Source of the DNA: Syncephalis fuscata S228
Lineage: Eukaryota; Fungi; Zoopagomycota
Direction of reading: 5' to 3'
Assembly: GCA_025786725.1 (NCBI GenBank)
Contig: JAHLTZ010000006.1
Coordinates: 248,001 to 312,000 of the forward strand
Length of the DNA stretch: 64,000 nt
Shown here: positions 1 through 11,515 of the stretch, in pieces
How the letters are laid out: the number at the start of each line of letters is the position of its first letter
Position numbering within the stretch: the stretch's first letter is position 1
The notes under the pieces: generated by a model
Told to the model about the DNA's origin: nothing
Databases searched by the model: none
Seen by the model: the letters and a program-made list of their open reading frames with translations, nothing else
Made by a program: the position numbers and the translations under genes

Positions 1-681
1 CACAACAGACCACCTCTGGATCTAATGTGGCCACTATGAGCTTAATCACCGATATATTTGGCACCACAGATTCATCCAGCACCAGTGTAGCTTCACCACC
101 TGCAACCTCATTGCTAGATCAACTTGGCGAATCACGTCAATCGATCCCAGCAACTTTGTCAAACGCCACCGGTTTAGGCATCGACTTAAGCACGGCACCT
201 ACAACGTATACGGCCATCGACAAAGATGGATTCCAAGTGATATTAACACCAAGTAAAGATGGTCAAAATCCCAATGTGCTTAATGTACAAGTTAGCTTTG
301 TGAATGCCGGTGTGGGCGCTACCGTCGATCAACTATTATTACAGGTGGCCGTACCAAAGGTATGTTAATATAACAGTGGCAATAACAACAAAGCAATTAA
401 TAAAATGACTATAACATAGACACAAAAAATTCAATTTTTACCCGTGTCAAGTAACACGGTAAATCCCGGTCAAACAGCGCAACAAATGATTCGTATCGCT
501 AATCCTAGCAAGGTAAACTAGATAGTCATATTGATTGCTTGATTGATTGAGCGTATACTAATTCAAATGTAATTAGACGGTGATTAAACTACGTCTTAAA
601 TTGTCGTATAGGAACGTGTCAACGCAAAGCACTGTTGATGTACTAAGCGAATTTAGTGGATTTCCATCTGATATGCGTTAA
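1..681 (+). CDS. APL4: AP-1 complex gamma-adaptin, 3' part (hinge plus gamma-ear/GAE domain); gene starts upstream of the window
   Basis: Splicing out two introns (360-419 and ~512-577) gives ...LLLQVAVPK|TQKIQFLPVSSNTVNPGQTAQQMIRIANPSK|TVIKLRLKLSY...FSGFPSDMR*, which matches the gamma-adaptin ear pattern QxAVPK...LRLKLSY...F..FP. TAA at 679-681. A GGA protein ear is a less likely alternative. Confidence 0.8.
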
Positions 682-845
682 TAAATATTATTTCTAATAA
701 AATAAGCAGAAATATGAATAATAACAAGAGGGAAAGAGGGAAATAACGATCTAAACACCAGAAATTATTGCACACTATTTGTTAATAGCTATTAAATAAA
801 ATTACGATGAATTATTTACTAGTTTATTATTACAATTCTATGCCA

Positions 846-3800
846 TTAATCAAAACTCATATCCATACCACTATGTTCATCACTACTATCCACATGATGA
901 ATAATGTTATTATTGTCACTGTCATCATCTTCATCATCATCATCATTCATAACATCTTTATCGGCAGGTGTGTTAAATACATTTAAACTGGCAGTTGGTG
1001 ATCGCCATTCCACTATACTGATTTCTTCTTCTTCTTCTAACCATACATTATGTTTATGTATAGGTTGATCATCTAATAATGGTATATCTGCAAGACCTCC
1101 TGCTGTTTGTTCTTCTAGAGCCATGGTTAATAACTCGGTGGTCATTGGATTATCGGGTAATATGCCTAATGCCTAGTATGAATAAGTAACACGTTATTAA
1201 ATTGATTCTAGTTATTGCTATAATGCTTACTTGATGATAATACTCATGGCCTTTACAATATCGCCCATAGCGTGATGTACATAGCCTAAACCGGTGTATG
1301 CATCAGATCGACGTGGACAACGGATCTTTAATTCAAAAAAGCATTTTTTAGCTTTTTCATAATTGCTATTAAGGCTATTAGTTATAGCCGAGGCGCGTTA
1401 ATATTTATTACTCACCCTAATTTACGAAAAGCATGGCCTAGATTCGCCCATAGCGCATCTTCAACCGATGGGTCATATTCAATACGTTTAATCTCTTTAA
1501 GCGTTCGTTCAAAGTATTCAATTGCCATATCATATCTAAATATGCTTATTAACAAAACATTAATAGTGCTTTAAACGACTTACTGTCCTTGCTCATAGTG
1601 AAGCACACCCAATTCATTATTTAATAAAGCATCTCGAGGACAAAGTTCCGCTGCACTTTTCAAATATTCTTGGGCCACATTTAAACTCTTTTGATACAGT
1701 AATTGCATACCAATAAATAGAGTGGGCAAATGTGATCTATACACTTATAGTAACCACTTGTCTGTATTCAATCAGTAAAACTTACCCGGGGAATAGACGA
1801 TCTGTGTCAGAGTAGACACGAATGGCCTGTTCGTATTCGCCTTCTTCGGCGAATGTATGGGCAAATCCAATAAGTGCCGGTCCATAATTGTTATCCAATT
1901 TTGATGCTTTACTATACAATAGATTAATTTATATATTCATTGATTAAATATATTATTTAGATATTACCCAAAATAGCGTCGTGCTTCAGCTGTTTGTTTA
2001 ACACAGAAATAGTAGCAACCAACACCAAACCAAGTAACTGGTCGTTCAGAAAACCGTTCAACCATTTCTTTACTTAAACGGTACAGCTGGTGTTCATCTC
2101 TTAACTCGTAGAGGCATGCAATGTGTGTAGTCAATACAGCAGGATGGAATTGTTCCGTTTCAAGTAATCTAACGGCAAGTGTATGTTATTAATATATTTT
2201 ATTATAATTTATTCTACGAGTACTACACACCTTTTAGTAATGGCTAAACAATCTTTGAATCGACACTGGGAAAATGCACAATCAGCCATACTAAGCTCAA
2301 CATCTACATTATTAACAAGCCCATAGTTTTCTTCCAGGGCAGTTTTAAGCATTGATAGTTCTTGTGCACTATTTGGCTATACAAAATCATCATTAAATTA
2401 TTAATATCCGTTTTAATTAACACTTACCATACGCTGTTTAATGGCATAGATATCATGAACAAATTGGGCATCTTCTTCTCGTAACTGACTAAAGTCCAAT
2501 GAAGATAAAAATGTTTGTTCTAATAAAATGGTTAAAATGCTGCCTTTTACAACAATAAACTTACCTTCTGCTTGTTTCATCATTTGATTCACTACTAATG
2601 CTTGATAAGCCTAGTAAATAAATAAATAAATAATAATAATTAATGTTTAACTGTATTATAACAATAGTCGATTTACCTCGTAACATTTAACATCTGTTTT
2701 TAATGCTTCTTTGAAACATTCCTTTGCTCGTGTCATATTCTCTTGTTCCAAATAGACTTGTCCTCTTAAATAGCACATGGAGGCCTCTAACTAGTTACAT
2801 ATAGTATTAGCGGTTTGCAATAAATAGTATATTTAATCATGATTAGTTACCTTAATACCTTCTTCAGCGTTCTTAACCTGAGATGTTTGTGTATTATCTA
2901 ATATACTGTTTACTTTAATAATACACCATTATATTTCATCTTACTATTATCTTTGGCAAATGGATTTGTCTCTCCTAATATTTCAAGTGCTTTCTGCCAC
3001 TTTTTTAACTTTGTCTATTTACATAATTAGTCTATAGTTAATTATCAATCATGTTATTACCAAACATTGAGCAGCAAGAAACCGACAAGCTACACTCGAG
3101 TTAAGTAGGTGCTTTCTCGTCAACAGTTTCTCAACTCGCACATATTGTCCTGTCAAATAATACACCTGAGCCAGCCAAAATATGTCATTTGGATCATTGG
3201 TCATTGAAACAACTTTATCTCCCCAAAATACTGCGCTATCGTATAAATGTTGCTGCATTGCATCATGTCGCCAGCATCGAATTCGTTCCACCAATTCTGT
3301 ATTTACTGGTGAATCATTGTCTATTGGCGCTTTTGAATGATTATTATAAGCATGTCCATCTTTAACAGTTTCATTATGATGTTTAGTCAGTAAGGGCATA
3401 TCTTGCGTATCTTCATCAATATTATTCATATCAAATATATTTGAGTGTCGATGACTTAGTCTACGTGTAGCCGATAATCTAATCTTTTTTGTAGATGATC
3501 CTGAAGCAGATGAAGGTCCACTACCAATACTCGGTGATAACACATGACCGCCTATAGTTCGATGTGAGGGTGAGCCTTGAAGATACAGTTGTTGACTATC
3601 ACAAGCAGGTGAATGTGGAAATGATCGAGGTGTCAATGCTGTTTGTGAAAATCCTTGAATATTAGGCTGAACATCTACTATGGCCGGTACAGATGCACTT
3701 CGATTATGTCGACTGTAATTAAGTGATGTATCATTTGCAGTTGACGTGTTATTAGTCTGTAATTGACTATCAGTTACTAATCCTATGGTAGGTGTAATAG

Positions 3801-4461
3801 TAATATCTGTATTGGTGTTGGGTATAGTTTCAAATGAGCGTGTAGGTTGTGGTGTGCTACGCTGTCGTTGTTGGCTACTATTTTGAGGCACTACTGCTAG
3901 TCGTCGTTGCCTACGAGTACGTGTGCCAATGGGCGGTGACTCTACTTGTGTATTAACAGGTGTAACTGTCATACGATTATGTCCTAAACGCCGTCTCGAT
4001 TGTGTTGACCTTTCTACTATACTTGATGTATTATTTGGTGTATTTGTATTGCTAGCATTGTTATTGTTATTGCTATTATTGTTGATTGTTGCAGTGGTTG
4101 CAGTAGTAATAGTAGTAGTATCAATGGCAGATGCTGTAGTTGTAGTTGTAGGCGTAGGTGTAGTAGCCGTCAATGTTGACTCTTCTCGCGATACACTTCG
4201 TGTTATATCTCTTCTAGCAGGCTGAGATATGTTACGGCCTATTGTTCTTCTGTTTGTCGTACGTCTTGCAATACTTCGTCTAATTCCGGTTAGATTACCG
4301 CGTGTAGTCGGTGTTTCCATAATAGATCTGGGTATTGGACGTCGCCGTGCTGTTGTTGCTATTCTGGCGGTGACCATATCTGGTTGTGAGTCGGCTTGCG
4401 ATCCAGATTCAGGATCTGGAGCCGCATTAGCTGTCCTCCGGGTTCGTGGTGCCGGAGGCAT
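846..4461 (-). CDS. CDC16: Anaphase-promoting complex TPR subunit Cdc16/Cut9/APC6, many short introns, long low-complexity N-terminal extension
   Basis: WRHDAMQQHLYDSAVFWGDKVVSMTNDPNDIFWLAQVYY, then spliced exons EASMCYLRGQVY, CFKEALKTDVKCYE|AYQALV, WFGVGCYYF, HTFAEEGEYEQAI, HLPTLFIGMQLL, WANLGHAFRKL, YTGLGYVHH; acidic C-terminal tail (ORF 846-1145). Confidence 0.92.
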
Positions 4462-4720
4462 TGTTCAATAGCGTTTGGACACGTAGTGTGTATGCGTGGA
4501 ATTCACAATAATAATTGCGTGTAAACGTATATAGAAACAAGGGATGCTATGACAATTGCTTTGGTAAATGTGTATAGGTTGCCTAATAATAGATCGCACC
4601 TATAGCTAGTAAAAGGCGACACTAGTATTGCTGTAAAGATAAACTGATTAGAAGAATAGACGATCAGTAAGGAAGTAGTTCTATGATCATAAACACTCGT
4701 GAGGAATCAAAATAAACAAC

Positions 4721-5188
4721 AATCACGTGATTTATTCTCTGTAGTATAATTAATGTCTGTGTCCGTGTGTCTGTGTGTAATAATCCATCAATAAAGATAT
4801 TGACCAGGCTGATTAAAAAGCCCATTTGTTGATTATCATTATTATAAATTAATAAATTACTGTTAACATTAGCATAATTATGTTGCCGAGCAGTTAGTAG
4901 TCTCATATTGTTCTTGATGAGGACAAATCGAAATGTGCGGATAGTTGTGACTGCTTGGACATTTCGATTTTCAAACAAGTCCCTATTCAGTAGGGCCAAT
5001 CATAACGCGCCTAACGTGACAAATGGTAGGCAGTTGGAAACGAAACACCGACATTGGACAAGGCTAAAACGCGTCGAAGCTAAATATTTGGTATATAGCT
5101 TTGATTTCTTACCGGCATAGCCTCATTTAAATCCCAACTTGACTGGTGTCCAGTTTCGGCATCGATTTGCTCGACAAGTACTACGCGT
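4721..5188. promoter_or_regulatory. Divergent promoter between CDC16 and Whi5-like gene 1, with an E-box palindrome and MCB-like sites
   Basis: AATCACGTGATT at 4721-4732; ACGCGT at 5069-5074 and 5183-5188; ACGCGC at 5005; GGCCAAT at ~4994. Function is inferred. Confidence 0.45.
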
Positions 5189-5454
5189 TTTATTTTCTAC
5201 TTTTTAGTTTACTATATTGACTTGTTCAATTTGATTGACCATTATCGTTGCTGTAGGCACTTTGCCATAACATATTCAAAAGCATACCAACAACTGTGGA
5301 TTCTTTATTGATGTAATGCAAACACGCATTATTTGTTTACTTTGAAACATTTAACTGTACTTAGTTTGTGTTATTATTATTGTTACCATTATTATTTGCC
5401 ACATTTCAGTATTCACCCGTTGATTATTACGACACCTAACACACAAATTAAAAG

Positions 5455-5904
5455 ATGTCGTCAAAACACGATTTGAGTGAAATCTTAAATCCGACAACTA
5501 CCACCACCACAGCACGTGTTGTTAGTCGACATGTTCATCCAGCCATTGGTAGTTGGACGTGTGATCAGCGATACTCGCCTTATCGTTTAAATGCAACCAA
5601 TTTGTTTGGTAATTCTCCAGCTGCGGCTTTTATAGAAAAGTACGCGCCAAAACGATATCGAACAACTAAAGTACGTTGTAATTCTGACCTGCAAAATAAC
5701 GTGTCAACACCGTCACGGCAAGAATATGCTTTGCACACTACACCAAATAGTTTAATATCAGCAGAACCCATTAAATCACGAGGAGTATTGCAAACTACAA
5801 TACCTCGGCAGTCTTTGTCTAACGTTTCAACAAAATTAAACAAAAACCACTGTTTACGCGTGTATCAGCAAAGGATTCCGACATAATTCAACCTGTCAAT
5901 TCTT

Positions 5905-5937
<33 letters not shown>

Positions 5938-7247
5938 TAGTAAAGTAATAGTATTAATAATAATACAGACAACGATATTAATAATCAAGAATTAAATAAT
6001 CAACATTTGTTAACATCACTGGCAATGCCAATAACATCTCATTCTACAAAAGAAAGTCAAGCTGCTGTTAATGATGATTCTTTTTTAAATTATCTCCTAA
6101 ATTACACGCAGAGTTACAGCAAAGATTGCGTATTGAAAAGGTAAGATATATTCATTTTGTATTAATTAATATTAATATTGATACATAAACCTATTTAGTG
6201 TGTACGTAAATTACGCTCTCGTTTGGCGTTAGCCTTTCACAAATCACATACCGGTCAAAGCACAAATCATTTGATGATCTAGTTACTGGTCATCGTTTAG
6301 ATGATGAAAAATTGCGACATACGATTATTATGTTACAAATCTTATTACTGAAGTAACAGAGATGCTTATGGAAGATGTATTTTAAAAAGATGTAATGCAC
6401 CAACAACAGCAACAACACCAATCACAAAAAGCCACACCAATGTATTATATAAAATAGGTGATACTGTGATGAACTACTCACCCAGTATAGCATGTCTGAA
6501 GATAATGGCGATTTATCTCCATCCAACGAAAATACTGACGTTGAATTATTAACACAAACTCCAATATCATCACAGTATTTAACTTCACAAGAGACTTACT
6601 TTAATGATGCAAATGACTATCATTACTATTATCAACGGCACAACAATGATAACGATGACAATGACTTTGATCATGACAGCCAGACTAAGTACGCTACTAA
6701 AGTCCATAATTACCATCGAGTTATCGACAGCCATCACGATCTGCTTGTTATAAAAGTGCTACAGTTGCGGCCTATTTTGCCACACCTTGCATTGCGGCTT
6801 CTAAAACCTCGCCTACCCATCGTGTTACCATTAAAAAGAGAAAAGCAAAGGCCGAGCAAATTGCTTTAAGTAATACAACAAACAAACACGTCGTCATTGC
6901 GCAGCAGATCTATCGACCACATCAAGTAGTGATATTGAATCAAGTCAAGAAAAACTTGATAACAGCGACGACAATCATTTATTACTGCCCATCATTAATC
7001 CACCTAGTAAATTATATAACGTGGAGAAAATGACTGCATCATCGTCAACAGCAGTATCATTTCTACACAATTACACATTGCCCAGGTTGACTGGTTTGGT
7101 TAATTCGGAAATTACTAGCGATGTAAAAGCGTGCCTCCGACCGTACATCTAGACCACGCCTCTTCTAGCATTGTACCAGGTTCATCGCCTCTAGACTGTA
7201 CGGCCGCAGCCGAGGCAATGCTTCTATTGCGCGAACGACAAGATTAA
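5455..7247 (+). CDS. Whi5/Nrm1-like G1/S transcriptional repressor, copy 1 (several frameshifts: assembly errors or pseudogene)
   Basis: N-terminal HDLSEILNP. Intron 6141-6198 joins ...LRIEK|CVRKLRSRLALAFHK..TGQ, resembling the Whi5 GTB motif L[RK]xRLxLAxxK. C-terminal CTAAAEAMLLLRERQD* (TAA 7245-7247). The frame is broken several times between ~5860 and ~7150. Confidence 0.6.
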
Positions 7248-7530
7248 GCACTAATGATAATGCACATGTTTAGGCGAATGGTGCCGTGCTTATGTCCATT
7301 CATTCCCTATAGCATTGCATTTTCACTTGCTGGCCAATAATTGAGCTGGTTGATTGTTGAAGCAAAGGTGTCACCTGACCAGTCAATGGTTTAGGATGTA
7401 TTTCCGAAAGCTTTTCTATAGTACATTATTTCCATTACGCATTTGGTACTCTTTCTCTTCTACTGTGTAGTATTGAGTCTTTTGTCACTTGTGATCATTT
7501 ACTTGTTTTTATTTCTGTTTCATTTTACAA

Positions 7531-7601
7531 TAAATTATAGCTATTAACACTGTACACATCGAATACTATGAGCGAACGAATCGTTATTAGCTATTGTTTA
7601 T
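7531..7601 (+). repeat. Left copy of a ~70 bp imperfect direct repeat flanking the MULE
   Basis: TAAATTATAGCTATTAACACTGTACACATCGAATACTATGAGCGAACGAATCGTTATTAGCTATTGTTTAT; second copy at 8789-8859. Confidence 0.85.
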
Positions 7602-8785
7602 AGATTTTTTTGAAAATACGCTTTTTTATTTTATTTAAAAAATACATTATTTTTAAATTTTATTTATTGAAATACATCGTTTTGAAAAATCTACCAAATG
7701 TCTACCAAACTATTTAAAAAAGCTATATTTACCAGTATTGAAAATTGAGGGCCGCTGTTGACAGTTTAAGCTTGTTAACGGTTGCAATTCTAAGAGTAAA
7801 AATAGTGATTCAACAAGATTACAGCCTATTTGTCCTCATGAAGACCATTCCAGCAACAAGTGCCAGTTTGTTTTGACTGCCAAAAAGCAAAAAACTGGCC
7901 TAGTAAAGATTTCTCAATGCAATATTAAGCATTTTGATCGTTGCTCATATGATTCTGGTAATGATACTATTAAATCTATTACTAAATCTATTACAAAGCT
8001 TGGTCTGCTTTTGGTTCGATAAAAAATGACATTGTTATAACAACAGTAATAAAACGATGCAACTTTGATCAAGCAACCAAAGGAAAAAAGAAATAGAAAT
8101 AGTAGCTTAATTAAACGGTTTAATATTAATTTAATAAAAAAATTATTAAATGGTTTATAAAAATAGCTTAAATTAGCATATTTGTAGCAAAAATTGTAAC
8201 TGTATAGATTTTGATATAAACTAAAATGACTTGTATTATAAAAGACATATATATTATTATTTGAGTAATAATATTATGTATTTATAATGCTGTTGAAACA
8301 TAAATAAAAGTTACAAAGCTAAAAATCCCTATGGGAAAAAGTTAATTATAATAAATGCAATAACTTTAATTTATTTTGTTTATTTACGTAGTTTAGTTAA
8401 TTGTAGCAATATTAAAAGCAATGCCATTGTGTTTTATTTGTTAAAAGACTTTCAACAATATACCTGCGACAAATACAACTCAAAAAATACAATACCAAAA
8501 TATAATATGTAAAAATTAGTACTAATAGTATTGAAACAGTAGTTGATGCTAAAATAAACGTTTTTATTAAAAGGCAGATACAGACTACTAACGAAACAGC
8601 TATAAAAAACATGCCATTAAAGAGCATTTATCGGTGATAAATGTCATTACAGAAAAACAAAGTGTGAAGCAAATAAAAATGATTTTATTAATTAATAAAT
8701 TAAAAAAATTTAAAAAGAATTTATTGATAAAATTTAAAAATGTGTATTTTTCTAATTAAAATAAAAACAGCGTATTTCAAAGCTC
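7602..8785 (+). mobile_element. Degenerate non-autonomous Mutator-like (MULE) DNA transposon
   Basis: Imperfect ~60 bp terminal inverted repeats: 7602-7665 (TTTGAAAATACGCTTTTTTATTTTATTTAAAAAATACATTATTTTTAAATTTTAT) versus the reverse complement of 8726-8785 (CTTTGAAATACGCTGTTTTTATTTTAATTAGAAAAATACACATTTTTAAATTTTAT). Contains a MuDR-type DNA-binding-domain remnant; very AT-rich interior. Confidence 0.7.
7698..8022 (+). pseudogene. MuDR/MULE transposase N-terminal zinc-binding (WRKY/GCM1-like) domain remnant
   Basis: Allowing frameshifts it reads IFTSIE.LRAAVD.FKLVNGCNSKSKNSDSTRLQPICPHEDHSSNKCQFVLTAKKQKTGLVKISQCNIKHFDRC. This follows the MuDR pattern F.S...L+.A+.....KSD..R....C....C.[WF].L.A.......I.....H..C. 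No DDE domain is visible. Confidence 0.65.
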
Positions 8786-8788
8786 ATT

Positions 8789-8859
8789 TAAATTATAAGT
8801 ATTAAAGCTGTGCACATCGAATACTATAAGCAAGTGGATCATTATTAGCTATTGTTTAT
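8789..8859 (+). repeat. Right copy of the ~70 bp imperfect direct repeat flanking the MULE
   Basis: TAAATTATAAGTATTAAAGCTGTGCACATCGAATACTATAAGCAAGTGGATCATTATTAGCTATTGTTTAT. Confidence 0.85.
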
Positions 8860-9694
8860 TACGCATTAAATAGTGCCATTAGTCATCATTATTCGGGTCA
8901 GATTTTATGTCGTGGTTTTGTTTGATTCCCTCCCCAAAGAGCGGAGTGTAAGCGTAGTTGATGACAGTCGTAAAATATTAACCGGTTATTATGCAACACT
9001 TTCTATTCAATCAATAGATCTTACTTTCAAGTAAATGGTGTATGTTCTATCCAGCATACCAATAGTCAATGACGATCTTCGGTGATAATAGCCAATACTT
9101 GTTTTCTTTTCTTCTTTACTGATGCTTTACAACGCCGACCTCGAAGCCATTGCAGGCTACATTGTCAATTAACCAATAAACACGCTAGACAATTTTTTCC
9201 ATGTGATCGTCCCCCAGAAAGGCCGCCTTTGGTCTTGAAGGAAGAGAAACGCGTGCCTGCACATGAACAAAAAATGTGGGGTAAATTCTACACGACTTTG
9301 CTCATGCTTCCATTCAAGGTGTGGACGGGAGAAGGACGGAAGTGGCAGCAATGACAACATTTTCTCTGCACCAAAGTGCCAATCGCGTTAACAGAATTTG
9401 CATTTTATGGACTGCCATGCATAAACACGCAGTTACCGTCTCAGATCGACAAGTAAAGGGACAAAGTGCGAACGTCATAAAAAAGCTCATACCATGACCA
9501 CACAAACAATCTAGCATGATTATTATGGCTACCATTACTGTCGTTACTGATATCAAACAATGCAATTAATACTAGCTAGCTATACATTTTATTATTTAAT
9601 CGTTTTTTATTATTTACTTTTTACAAATAAACCATTGTAGCAGCATTTTACCATCCTTGAACGATAGAGTCGGAGCACGAATTGTTGAAATGAC

Positions 9695-10606
9695 ACGCGT
9701 CTCGTGATCAACGGTCACGAATGCAATGTGAAACGATGGCGGAGCCGTCAAAATGGCACATGAACGCGTTACCAATTAGTCGATAATTGACAAACAAGCA
9801 TTATTTCACTACTATCGCCATACATCAATTAATCGTAACACTGGTAATGTGTATTAATACAACAACAAACTATCTTGTATACCACTGTTCTATAGTATTG
9901 CAGCGATGAATCATTTTGATACAACAGTCAAACAATATTATAATCTTTTTGGTTATTCTTTGCATTGTTTTATCGCTATTTCAATGGACCTTTCCTATTC
10001 CGGCACTATTCTATAGTCCAATCAGCCAGTATCTCAACCATTATGGTTATACAGTGTATCGTTTACTATCTATTATCTGCACGACAACCGACTTGTCCAC
10101 TCACAGCATTCGTGCATTTTTATACACGCGTGTGTATATAGAAAGTACGCACGTACATAAAAACACACACACACAGACACGCCCACACGCAATTCAAAGG
10201 CTGCCGTAAAACAAAATGCTATGCACAACTCTAGCAAGAATGACGATTATTGATCAACGCTCTAGTCTTATCGATATTTTACACCAAACAGCGCGTTCTC
10301 TTATGGCCAAGATAGTCGGTAAATTATCCGATATGACTCATTCTATTGTAAATAAGCATTCTCCCTTAACAAATAACGCTATTGGCTGCTATTATTAATG
10401 CTAGTTTTGAAAAAAATTATTGATTAAGCAACGCGTTCTTTTTACTATTTGTAATAAAAATAATTTCTACAACAGCAACAATGATAAACATAACAAATCT
10501 ATCGCGTCATAGTATTTGCCATATTCATCATGATTAAACAATTTACTCATTCAGAGTTGCCGTGGCGTAACTAGCAATAGTATCACTGGCACTTCTCCTT
10601 ACGCGT
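9695..10606. promoter_or_regulatory. Cluster of MCB (ACGCGT) elements upstream of Whi5-like gene 2
   Basis: Perfect ACGCGT at 9695, 9764, 10126, 10431 and 10601; further CGCGT cores nearby (~10503, ~10726). Confidence 0.55.
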
Positions 10607-11135
10607 TTGTCCAACCAACCAGCCGACGACCTCGGTCGGGGTCATGCTAATGTTGTTGTTGAAATCCCATCCTTCAGTATCCGGCAATAACTATCGATCG
10701 GTTATGGACGGGCACCAATAGTTACCGCGTTATGAGCGCTTAAACTCCGCTTATAGCCATACGCCCATCATCTCCGCCTCTATCTCCACCTCTATTTCCA
10801 CTACAGTCATGATGCCTTCACTTTGCATTGGAAGAGAATGATAGTAAACGTGCGAGCGCGTGTCTGCTGACTCATGCCTGCTTCGCTCTCCTCGCTCGCT
10901 CTATTTACCCCTTTTCCCTTCCTGTACTCCTCCTTCCCTTCCTTTACCGAGTCGGATTACTTTTCACTCTGTGCCTCATGCTCCCCGCTTCTCTGTTTGG
11001 CTATTGCTTTATTACTACTCGTAGTATTATCATCATCGACCACATCATCATCATCATCGCTGTATTTATTATTATAACCATTATATTATTACCGACACAC
11101 CAACACTTCCTTTGCTGCCACACCGACACACACAT

Positions 11136-11168
<33 letters not shown>
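11136..11168. repeat. (CA)n microsatellite
   Basis: Uninterrupted CA run just upstream of Whi5-like gene 2. Confidence 0.9.
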
Positions 11169-11172
<4 letters not shown>

Positions 11173-11515
11173 ACTACTTTAACTGCCACCTTCGTTCACG
11201 CTCTTTTATTGCTCGTCCATTTCTACTTATTCGCCGCCTGTCCGCCTGTCCGTCTGTTCTTTTATCTACTCCCTTTTCTTCTAGCTACTGTTGCTCGTCA
11301 ACGCACACGCCTACTTGCTTTTACCAAGTTCTTTGCGACGCCCTTCTTCTCGCTATCGTTCTTACGTTCGTTTGCAGTTATTCCTCTCGTAGTTCTACTT
11401 GTGTCTAAAGACAAATAGCACTGTAGACGGGCTCGCCCCTACCCTTTACTCGCTTCATTGTTGTGTATATTACGCGCCTCTACCTTTTGACCTCTTCCTT
11501 CGCCACCTCTTCCTC

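Noticed and set aside
3923-4471. Hydrophobic plus-strand ORFs resembling membrane proteins
   Set aside because: Antisense of the Thr/Asn-rich CDC16 exon.
10828-11418. 196-aa hydrophobic/His-rich ORF and overlapping ORFs
   Set aside because: Non-ATG start; produced by CT-rich, (CAT)n and (CA)n tracts in the promoter/5' UTR of Whi5-like gene 2; no recognisable domain.
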